A DNA stretch of 64,000 bases from Planctomycetota bacterium (GTDB lineage: Bacteria; Planctomycetota; UBA1135; UBA2386): positions 30,175-94,174 of the forward strand of contig NYVR01000022.1 in the NCBI GenBank assembly GCA_002684655.1, written 5' to 3'. Every line of letters starts with the position of its first letter. The stretch's first letter is position 1. The position numbers were made by a program, and so were the translations under genes. Below the pieces are notes generated by a model. That model was not told the origin of the DNA, did not search any database, and saw only the letters and a program-made list of their open reading frames with translations. Positions 8,527-16,499 of the stretch are shown piece after piece.

Positions 8527-10911
8527 ATGCGCACCCTCTTCGCGCTCTGGTTCCTTGCTGCGCTCGTCTCCGCGCAACAGTGGCGGCAGACCTGCGGCAG
8601 GACGCCATCGGGCCTGATCGCGATGCATCAAGCCGCCTTGGACGCGAATCAAGACTCGTTGGTGCTGATCGTCGCGTCGCACCCCGACGACCGCTACGTC
8701 TTGCCGGCCATTTGGCTGCGTTCGACGTTTGGCCTGCGCGCTGCGGTGCTGTTGGCGACACGGGGAGGCGGCGGCCAGAACACGCTCGGGCCCGAGACGG
8801 GCGACGCGTTCGAGCGCATCCGGACGCTAGAGACGGAGGCTGGCTGCGCGTTGGCCGGCGTCGACGCTTGGTATTGGAACCGGCCGGACGGCGGATACCG
8901 GCGCTCCTCGCAAGAGACGTTCGCTGAGTGGGGCCGAGACCAGAGCCTGCGCGAGCTGGTCCGCCTCGTAAGGAAAATCCGACCCGACGCCGTCATCACC
9001 ACCCATCACGCGGAAGAAAAGCACGGTCACGACCTCGCCATCGTGGAGCTGTTGCCTGAGGCGCTGCGGGCCGCCGCGGATCCTGACTTCGTCTCGGAGG
9101 GCGAGCCGCACGCGGTCCCGGTTTTCCTTATGGGAGCGGGCAGTACGGTCAGCCCCGACGCGCTGTTGATCGACGTCGACCGCGTCGATCCCGCGCGCGG
9201 CCTCGCGCTGCGTAGGATCGCCTATGGAATCCTCCGCGGCGCTCACGTCAGCCCCGGGGCGCCCAGCCGGATGGGCGACGTCTTTGAACCGGTGTTGGCG
9301 CTTGAGCCGCGCAGCCGCGAGCGGCTGTCCGTCGAAGACGGCGTGCTCTCGGGGCTCCCTTCGGTGCTTGATCCGAATCTCTGGCCCGGGACGGAGCGTC
9401 AAGCTCAGGTAGTCCGGGAGTTCCTTCAAGACGAGTTGCCTGGCTTATTACAGGCCGCCGATCCAAGCCTCGACGGGCTGCTGGCCGCGCGCGCGACGTT
9501 GCGCGAGGTCCTGCAGCTGCCCAATGTCGCGGGCGACGTCGCGCGACGATTGGAGAGGCGCGTCCAGGCGTTGGAGCAGCTCGCCGTGAACCTCGAACGG
9601 ATTCAGATCGAGGTGGAGACGCCGCCTGGTGCCGCGGTGATCGCAGGTGAGGAGCTATCCTGCACTGCGCGCGTGCTAACCGGTCGCCGTCAGGTGCGTG
9701 TGCTGCGCGTCGACGGCTTCGCCGGCGCGGAGGTCGAGTGGACGGAGCTGGGCGCGTCCGATCCGAGCGCGAGCAGCGTCGTCGCAGAGCTCAGGATCCG
9801 GTTGCCGCTCGCGCCCGAAGGCGTCGAGGACCCAATGGCGCCAAGGTTCCGCGCAGATCGTTTCGTCCCGCCCGTAAAGGTTCGCTTCTGGGTCGCGATA
9901 GGAGATCACGAGGTTCCGCTAGAGGTCACGGTCCCTGTCGAGCAGCGCGCGCCGGTCGAGCTCTCTCTGCTGCCGCGCATGCTCTTGCTGCCGTCGGCGC
10001 GGAATACCGTGCAGTTCAGCGTCGGCGTGCAGCGGAACTCCCGGCTACCCGTGGAGGGTGTCGTCGAGGTGCGCGCGCCGGCGGGTTATGCCGTCAACGA
10101 TGATCGCCACGACGTCAGCTTGAGGGAGCTTCGCAGCGACCTGTTTGGCTTCGTCGTCGACGCGCCCCGGCAGCGGAGAACGGGCGTCGACGTCTTGCGC
10201 GTGCGTCTCGGCGGCACCAAGGTCGCGCTCCCCGTACACAAAGTCGACGTCGCCGTGCCTGAGCGCCTGCGGGTCGGCGTCCTGCGGAGCCTCGACGATA
10301 CGCTGCCGAGTGTCCTCGGCGTCGGCGGCCTCGGACTCGACTGGTCCGAGCTGATCGATGCAGACATCGCGGCCGCTGACCTGTCGTCTTTCGACACGAT
10401 CGTCGTCGACATTCGGGCCCTGCGTGGCCGACCCGACTTGCGCGACAGCTTCGGTCGCTTGCTCGACTTCGCTCGCGGGGCTGGCCGTCGGCTCGTGCTC
10501 TTCTATCAGAAGGACGTCGAGTTCCAGCCGAGCGGAGATCCGTTCCGTGGAGCGCCGTTTGCGCCGTTTCAGGTCGGGCGCAGCCGGGTGACGCGCGCCG
10601 ACGCGCCGGTGACCGTGCTTCTACCCGAGCACGCTTTGCTGCGTCACCCGAACGTGATCAGGCCGAGCGACTGGGACGGCTGGATCCAGGAGCGGGCGCT
10701 CTACCTGCCTTCGGTTTACGCAGAGAGCTATGAGGAGCTGATCGAAATCGGCGATCCCGGGCAGCCGCGCGAGCGCGGCGCGCTGCTTTATGCGAGGACC
10801 GGGGAAGGCGAGTATGTTTATTGCGCGCTGTCTCTCTGGCGACAGCTCAAGACGCTCCACCCAGGCGCTGTGCGCATGCTCGTGAACCTATTAACTCCAA
10901 GTCCTCGCTGA
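8527..10911 (+). CDS. PIG-L/LmbE family deacetylase domain protein with a long C-terminal extension
   Basis: The start is taken at ATG 8527 (MRTLFALWFLAALVSAQQ, a signal peptide). LVLIVASHPDDRYV...ITTHHAEEKHGHD is PIG-L-like. The C-terminal region FDTIVVDIRAL...RRLVLFYQKD is reminiscent of a GATase1-like fold. Confidence 0.75.
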   Translation: MRTLFALWFLAALVSAQQWRQTCGRTPSGLIAMHQAALDANQDSLVLIVASHPDDRYVLPAIWLRSTFGLRAAVLLATRGGGGQNTLGPETGDAFERIRTLETEAGCALAGVDAWYWNRPDGGYRRSSQETFAEWGRDQSLRELVRLVRKIRPDAVITTHHAEEKHGHDLAIVELLPEALRAAADPDFVSEGEPHAVPVFLMGAGSTVSPDALLIDVDRVDPARGLALRRIAYGILRGAHVSPGAPSRMGDVFEPVLALEPRSRERLSVEDGVLSGLPSVLDPNLWPGTERQAQVVREFLQDELPGLLQAADPSLDGLLAARATLREVLQLPNVAGDVARRLERRVQALEQLAVNLERIQIEVETPPGAAVIAGEELSCTARVLTGRRQVRVLRVDGFAGAEVEWTELGASDPSASSVVAELRIRLPLAPEGVEDPMAPRFRADRFVPPVKVRFWVAIGDHEVPLEVTVPVEQRAPVELSLLPRMLLLPSARNTVQFSVGVQRNSRLPVEGVVEVRAPAGYAVNDDRHDVSLRELRSDLFGFVVDAPRQRRTGVDVLRVRLGGTKVALPVHKVDVAVPERLRVGVLRSLDDTLPSVLGVGGLGLDWSELIDADIAAADLSSFDTIVVDIRALRGRPDLRDSFGRLLDFARGAGRRLVLFYQKDVEFQPSGDPFRGAPFAPFQVGRSRVTRADAPVTVLLPEHALLRHPNVIRPSDWDGWIQERALYLPSVYAESYEELIEIGDPGQPRERGALLYARTGEGEYVYCALSLWRQLKTLHPGAVRMLVNLLTPSPR

Positions 10912-10998
10912 CCTCGACGAGCGCGCGTCAACGCTGCAGCCGTGATCGGTAGCGCCCCAGCCTCGTTCGATCGGCGTCAGCGTCACGGCGCTCTGTAA

Positions 10999-11367
10999 TC
11001 AGGGCAGCCAGGGGAAGCGCATCTTGGATCGCTGGGTTCGTACGAGGCGGACATCGCGCGGCGCGCCGGTGCGACGCATGATGTGCATCGACTGCGCGTC
11101 GATCAGCGAGTAGTCCCCGTTCTCGTAGAGCAACTCGATCCGGACGCTGTCTGAGTGGTCCTCGAAGACGCGGATCTCGACGATGTTCTCTGCTCGCACG
11201 GTTTGACGCTCGCCGCTGGCGGTGACGTATTGCAGCGCGGAGATGGGCATCACTTTGATGTTCTCCTCTGCGGATTTTTGCGGATCTTGGCTCTGTAGCG
11301 ACGGCGCCGGCGAGAACGCCAGCGCGGCGGCTACGGGGATCGATAGGTAGAGCAGCGTTGCTTTCAT
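10999..11367 (-). CDS. Small secreted hypothetical protein
   Basis: Internal ATG at 11367 gives MKATLLYLSIPVAAALAFSPAPS, a signal peptide. Confidence 0.55.
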   Translation of the reverse strand: MKATLLYLSIPVAAALAFSPAPSLQSQDPQKSAEENIKVMPISALQYVTASGERQTVRAENIVEIRVFEDHSDSVRIELLYENGDYSLIDAQSMHIMRRTGAPRDVRLVRTQRSKMRFPWLP

Positions 11368-11422
11368 CAGGGTCTCCAGGTGTTGGTTTCGGATTTCCGT
11401 CACAATATGACGCGAAACTGCC

Positions 11423-12442
11423 GTGAGTCTGCCCCGGTTCTTCTCACTCCTTGCGTTGTGGCTGCTGTTGTCAGCGTGCGCGCGATCTCCATCCGATCAT
11501 CGGAAACGTGTCGACGTAGCGCGTGTCGTAGCGGGTGTCGGTGACCTTGATCTAGCGACGGTGTCGCAAGTCGAAGACGTCGTCGCGCGCGAAATCGCCG
11601 ACCTGCAGCCGCTGTTTGACGATCTCGAGGTCGAGCGATTTTTTGTTCATGTTCACGCCGCGCGCGCGGACTTACCTGAAACCCTAGTGGCCGGCGTGCA
11701 CGGAGACGCACCTGGATTCGCGCTGCTGGGTCGACACCAGATTCATCTGGTCCTTGACGTCATCGCGCGCACTGGCGCGACGATGAAGGGGGTCATACGG
11801 CACGAGCTCGTCCATGAACTCCTCGATCAATACTGCGGTCAGGACGGCCGCTATCTCCCGAGGTGGTTCCATGAGGGACTCGCGCAGACGCTCGCCGGGG
11901 ACACGTATCTCGGCGCCAGCGAAGAGGACCTGGTCTGGCGCGTCTCTGCAGGAAGCTTGCGATCGATCGACGTGCTCGACCGGAGCTTTCCGAGCGCGAC
12001 GACGCAGCGCCGAACGGCCTACAGTCACAGCTTCTCTTACGTCTCATGGTTGGTCCGGGAATACGGGCTCCCCGCGCTGTTGCGGGTTGCGCGTTACACG
12101 GACTCAAGCACGACGTTTGCGCGAGCGCTGGTAGCGCACGCCGAGCGTTCGACCCTCGAACTCGAGGACCGTTGGCGTGACTACCTGCTTCACGGCTCGG
12201 GCGCGCGGTGGCGATCGCTGTTCTCCAACTGGTTCAGCCTGCTGCTCATCCTGGCGTTGCCCGTGCTCGTTTTGGCGTTGCGGCGGCGCCTCGATTCTGA
12301 GGTGCGTGCCGCGCGACGCCTCGCGCAGCGTGCCGCGCAGGATCGCCGCGCAGCTGAGGCGCGCGAGGCTGAACTGCGTGCGCGCGCAGGAGGCGGCGAC
12401 CGCGGGCTGGAAGAGGAGGCGGACGATGCGCCTTTGCGATAG
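11423..12442 (+). CDS. Lipoprotein with an HExxH motif (putative zinc metalloprotease-like) and a C-terminal TM plus charged tail
   Basis: GTG start. SLPRFFSLLALWLLLSAC contains a lipobox. Motif VIRHELVHELLD. C-terminal TM segment FSLLLILALPVLVLAL followed by an Arg/Ala/Glu-rich tail. Confidence 0.6.
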   Translation: MSLPRFFSLLALWLLLSACARSPSDHRKRVDVARVVAGVGDLDLATVSQVEDVVAREIADLQPLFDDLEVERFFVHVHAARADLPETLVAGVHGDAPGFALLGRHQIHLVLDVIARTGATMKGVIRHELVHELLDQYCGQDGRYLPRWFHEGLAQTLAGDTYLGASEEDLVWRVSAGSLRSIDVLDRSFPSATTQRRTAYSHSFSYVSWLVREYGLPALLRVARYTDSSTTFARALVAHAERSTLELEDRWRDYLLHGSGARWRSLFSNWFSLLLILALPVLVLALRRRLDSEVRAARRLAQRAAQDRRAAEAREAELRARAGGGDRGLEEEADDAPLR

Positions 12443-12761
12443 AACAGTCGCCGTGGAAAAGCCCACTTTGCTGCGGGCGCGCCTGGGCGCCGTCATCTGT
12501 CTCTTGCTCGCCTTCTCCGCCGGGTGTGTTCACCATCGCCACTCGGTTGGGCTCGGGTCCACCGGGACCGGTCAGCAACAGGCTAGGCAGTATTACGTGC
12601 TGTTCGGCATTGTCGCGACGAACGACGTGAGCGCTCAGCGGATGGCCGACGGCCTTACGAGCTACACCGTCGAAACGAGCTTCGGATGGATGGACATGCT
12701 GCTCCAGCCGTTGCTACTGCCGTTGACGATGACGTCTAGAACGGTCGTCGTGCGGACCTAG
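12426..12761 (+). CDS. Bor/Iss-like small lipoprotein
   Basis: From ATG 12426 the lipobox is LLLAFSAGC. YYVLFGIVATNDVSAQRMADGLTSYTVETSFGWMDMLL...TVVV follows the Bor-family pattern (from memory, not searched). The gene overlaps the upstream gene end by 17 nt. Confidence 0.5.
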   Translation: MRLCDRTVAVEKPTLLRARLGAVICLLLAFSAGCVHHRHSVGLGSTGTGQQQARQYYVLFGIVATNDVSAQRMADGLTSYTVETSFGWMDMLLQPLLLPLTMTSRTVVVRT

Positions 12762-12957
12762 CCGCCGTAACTTACTGGGACGCTTACGCTGCGAGGGCGA
12801 GACCTCGTGCGCGGCCGCGTTTGGTCGGGCTGGCTGGCGTAGATGTGAGTCGCTACAGGGCGCCTGTGCTTGCCATCGCGGGGCGGCGCCGTAGCGTTCC
12901 CTCTGTTCAGGGCTCGATTATCTTGACGCCCAAACTGCTCGCACCCGCACAACCGCC

Positions 12958-13521
12958 ATGCTTGTCATCATCGTTTCGCTCGCCGTCGTGGCCCTGATCG
13001 TGGTCTTCGTCATCGGCCTATACAACGGACTCGTCAGCCGTCGCAACGCGGCCAAGAACGCCTGGAGCCAGATCGACGTCCAGCTCAAGCGCCGCTACGA
13101 CCTGATCCCAAACCTAGTCGAGACGGTCAAGGGCTACATGAAGCATGAGCAAGAGACCCTTGAGAACGTCGTCAAGGCGCGACAACAGGCCGTCGATCTG
13201 CAGAACGCCGGCAACATCGGGGAGCTGATGAAGGCTGACGGCGCGTTGACCCAGTCGCTCGGTCGTCTGTTTGCGGTGGCAGAGGGCTACCCTGACCTGA
13301 AGGCCAACCAGAACATGCTCAACCTTCAGGAAGAGCTCGCGACGACCGAGAACCGCATCGGCTTCTCGCGTCAGTCTTACAACGACGCCGTGATGAAGAT
13401 GAACAACGGCATCGAACAGTTCCCGTCGAACATCGTCGCTGGCATGTTCAACTTTAAGCAGGGCGAGTTCTTCGAGGTCGACGTCGCCGAAGAGCGCGAG
13501 AACGTCAAGGTCAGCTTCTGA
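12958..13521 (+). CDS. lemA: LemA family protein
   Basis: N-terminal TM segment followed by YNGLVSRRNAAKNAWSQIDVQLKRRYDLIPNLVETVKGY...EGYPDLKAN...EL..TENRI..SR..YND, the canonical LemA pattern. Confidence 0.9.
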   Translation: MLVIIVSLAVVALIVVFVIGLYNGLVSRRNAAKNAWSQIDVQLKRRYDLIPNLVETVKGYMKHEQETLENVVKARQQAVDLQNAGNIGELMKADGALTQSLGRLFAVAEGYPDLKANQNMLNLQEELATTENRIGFSRQSYNDAVMKMNNGIEQFPSNIVAGMFNFKQGEFFEVDVAEERENVKVSF

Positions 13522-13657
13522 GCTGCTCGTCGGACCTCCGCGTCGACCGTTGTCCGTGTTGCAGGTCGCCCTAGGGCAGCTATTTGCGGGCCGTTGTCGG
13601 CGCAGGGAACCTCTGCCCGGGGCTGTTGCGTAAACGGCCTGGGGGCTACAAGCACAG

Positions 13658-14698
13658 GTGATGTTGTGGCACGGAGGACGAGTTCGAAGCGGCCTGATGC
13701 TGGTCGTCCTCGGCGTAGTGCTACCCGCGGCATTGTTCGCGCAAGGGCAGAGCGGCGCAGAGCGCGGCGCAGCCGGGCAAAGCGTGGAGGCCGCGATCGA
13801 GCAGTGGCTGGTGTCCGAGCACGACTCCTCTGAGCTGATGGCGGCGACGGTCGCGGCCGTCTGCGATGCTGACGACGGTATCGAAGTGCTCGGCGCGCTT
13901 CAGGGCCAGCTCGTCGACGCGCCTAGCGAGGCGCGCAGCAAGGGTCTGCGAAGCCTGATCGTCCAGGTCACGCTCGAGCACTTGCGTCGCATGCATAAGA
14001 GCGACATGCGGTTCGTCGGTCAGTATCACGGGCTTCGGCCGCTCCAGCCGTGGCTTGATCCGTTCTTGTTCGGGCTCCTGCTCGACACGCCCGAGTGGTA
14101 CCCGTTGACGTTCCGTGCTCGCCTCGTCCCCGCGATCCGCGACCTGATCCCGAAGCTGCCTTCGGCAGAGCGGGTCGCGGCCATCCTCTCGCTCGTCAAC
14201 GACGAGCGCGAGCCAGTTGACCTGCGACGCGGGCTAGCATCGCTATTGTGGCAGTGGGGCAAGAAGTCTGCGGCAGAACGCTTCGTGCGGCAGCTCCAGA
14301 TGGCGACGACCGAAGGCGACGGCGAGGATCGCGTGCACGCGACCCTGCAGCTCGCCGATTACTTCAACGCGCTCCAGGATTATCGACGCGCGGCCGGCGC
14401 GCACGGCGCCGCGCAAGCGCTCGCGCGCGGCGCGGGCGTTGAGCTTTTGCCGGTCGCCTACTACTCCGCTGCATGTGTGCACGCCTTGCTCGGCGACAAA
14501 GAGCGCGGCATCGCAGCCTTGCAGCGGTGCGCCGAGATGCATGCGTCTCCCGACTTGGACAGCTCCAGGCGTTTGAAGCGCGCGCTCTTCGAGGATGACC
14601 CTGAGATCGCGCTGCTTCGAACGGACGACCGGTTCTCGGCATTGCTGAAGCTGGCCTTTGGCGATCAGGGCGGAAACGACGAAGAGAACGGGCGCTGA
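13658..14698 (+). CDS. Secreted hypothetical protein, helical/TPR-like at the C-terminus
   Basis: Signal peptide LMLVVLGVVLPAALFAQG. The C-terminal half is alpha-helical and repeat-like (YFNALQDYRRAAGAH..., YYSAACVHALLGDKERG). Confidence 0.6.
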   Translation: MMLWHGGRVRSGLMLVVLGVVLPAALFAQGQSGAERGAAGQSVEAAIEQWLVSEHDSSELMAATVAAVCDADDGIEVLGALQGQLVDAPSEARSKGLRSLIVQVTLEHLRRMHKSDMRFVGQYHGLRPLQPWLDPFLFGLLLDTPEWYPLTFRARLVPAIRDLIPKLPSAERVAAILSLVNDEREPVDLRRGLASLLWQWGKKSAAERFVRQLQMATTEGDGEDRVHATLQLADYFNALQDYRRAAGAHGAAQALARGAGVELLPVAYYSAACVHALLGDKERGIAALQRCAEMHASPDLDSSRRLKRALFEDDPEIALLRTDDRFSALLKLAFGDQGGNDEENGR

Positions 14699-16499
14699 CA
14701 AGGTGTCGCTCCCGCTCCCTTTTCTGGCAGGTTTGCTGGTCGTCGTGGGCCATCGCGAGTTTGCGACCTACCTGCCAGGTCAAGGCGTCGTCGACGACTT
14801 GGTCTGGACGCTATGCCTCTTGACGCTGCCTTGGTTGACGGCGTCGTTAGGGCGAGCTTCAGCGATGCAGGCCCTTGTGTCGGAGCGGCGGCCTTACGTC
14901 CCGTCCAGCGCGATCTTGCGCGTGTCAGCGATCGCGACGCCGGTGGTCGTGCACGTGCTGTTCTACGTGGGTTGTTACGGCGACTGGGTTGATCGGCTCG
15001 CGCCAGATAGTCACACGATGCGCGCGCTGTTGGCAGTGCTGCCGCTCTACTGCGCCGAGTTGCCGCGGCTCGCGGCCGCGACGATGGCCGAAGCTGCGTT
15101 CGAGTCGGGCTACGTCACCCGCTCGGCTGCTCGCACGTCCTCGGTCTATCTGCCTGGCTGGGACGACGTCTGGCCGTCTATTCGCCTGCGCTTTGGGTGG
15201 CCTCTGCTCGCGCTGATGCCGGTGGTCTTGTTCGGCGTCGGCATGGACCTGCTCCAGCTGTGGCGGCTTGGTTATGTCTTCGTCGCCGTCACCGCGTCGG
15301 GCATGTCGCTGGCGGTCATGGGGTTCTTGCTGATCGTCGGCGCCGTACTTCCATTTTGGTTTCGGGTCGCCTTTAGCGTGCGCACTGCCATGCCTGAGCC
15401 CGTCGGCGCGACGCTGCGGGAGACCGCGCGCCGACTGGGTTTCTCTCCTAAGCGCCTGTTCGTCCTGCCCACGGGTTCACGCGCGGTGAACGCGATGATG
15501 GTCGGCCCGCTCCCGGTCGGACGATTACTCTGCTTCACCGACGGACTCCTCGAGACGCTTGACGCTCGATCGTTGTCAGGGGTGCTCGCGCACGAGGTCG
15601 GTCACGCGCGCATGGGTCACCCAGGCCTGCTCACGTTGTTGGGTTTCGTCGTGCCGGTGATGATGTTGTCGCCGATGCGGCTGTTGGATACCGAGGGCGG
15701 AGACATCGCGCTGTTGGTAGCTCTGCTCGCCATTGGCACGCTGATGGTTTGGGCGGGTTTACGCGCGCTGGCACGACGCTTTGAACACGAAGCAGACATT
15801 TCGTCGGTCCAGGTGCTCGGCGCGGATCCTTGCAGCCGCGCCCTGCTGACCGTGTCGCGCCTGACGCTTCCGGCCAGCGGCTCGATCCGGAGTCGCTTGC
15901 TGAGTCTCCATCCTGATGAGGGCGTGCGGCTGCAGATGATGCGGCGCTACGAGATTGAGCCGGCGTTTCGGGCGCGTTTTGATCGCCAGACAGCTCGGCT
16001 GCGGCAGGTGATCGCGGCCGTCGTCGCGGTCTCGGTTGCGGTAGGTGCGTGGTTCTGGGCGGTCGATTGGCGGCAGGAGCGCGTCGCGCTGAAGTTCTTC
16101 ACCGGCGACTTCGTCGGCGCTCGCCAAGCGCTGGATGAGCTCGACGAGGTCCCGCAGCGCTGGCGCGATTCGCTCGCTCGCGTTCGCGCGCAGCTCGACG
16201 CGGCCGATGAGTTGCAGCCGGGCCTAGAAGGTTGGCAGCGCGTAGAAGAGGCCCTTGTCCCGGTCGCGTGGGATCGCGGTGAAGAGGTCCTGCTAGAACA
16301 CGGGCCTGCCGCCGCCTATCGCTGGCTGTCGTTGGCGTTCACGGTGACGCCGGAAGTGACCACGGCCCAGGAGGCCATCGTCGCTTACTGCAAGGCAGCG
16401 GCGGAGCGCGACCCCGATCGCATGACGGCGGCGGCGCGCATCGTGCTGCGACTGGGCGTTCCTCGGCGGCTGCACGCAGTCTTCGGCGATTATCAGTAG
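14658..16499 (+). CDS. M48 family (HtpX/Ste24-like) membrane metallopeptidase with a C-terminal helical domain
   Basis: Multiple TM segments followed by LSGVLAHEVGHARMGHPG (HExxH). The listed start 14658 is TTG. GTG at 14703, just after the upstream stop, is an alternative. Confidence 0.75.
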   Translation: MAIRAETTKRTGADKVSLPLPFLAGLLVVVGHREFATYLPGQGVVDDLVWTLCLLTLPWLTASLGRASAMQALVSERRPYVPSSAILRVSAIATPVVVHVLFYVGCYGDWVDRLAPDSHTMRALLAVLPLYCAELPRLAAATMAEAAFESGYVTRSAARTSSVYLPGWDDVWPSIRLRFGWPLLALMPVVLFGVGMDLLQLWRLGYVFVAVTASGMSLAVMGFLLIVGAVLPFWFRVAFSVRTAMPEPVGATLRETARRLGFSPKRLFVLPTGSRAVNAMMVGPLPVGRLLCFTDGLLETLDARSLSGVLAHEVGHARMGHPGLLTLLGFVVPVMMLSPMRLLDTEGGDIALLVALLAIGTLMVWAGLRALARRFEHEADISSVQVLGADPCSRALLTVSRLTLPASGSIRSRLLSLHPDEGVRLQMMRRYEIEPAFRARFDRQTARLRQVIAAVVAVSVAVGAWFWAVDWRQERVALKFFTGDFVGARQALDELDEVPQRWRDSLARVRAQLDAADELQPGLEGWQRVEEALVPVAWDRGEEVLLEHGPAAAYRWLSLAFTVTPEVTTAQEAIVAYCKAAAERDPDRMTAAARIVLRLGVPRRLHAVFGDYQ

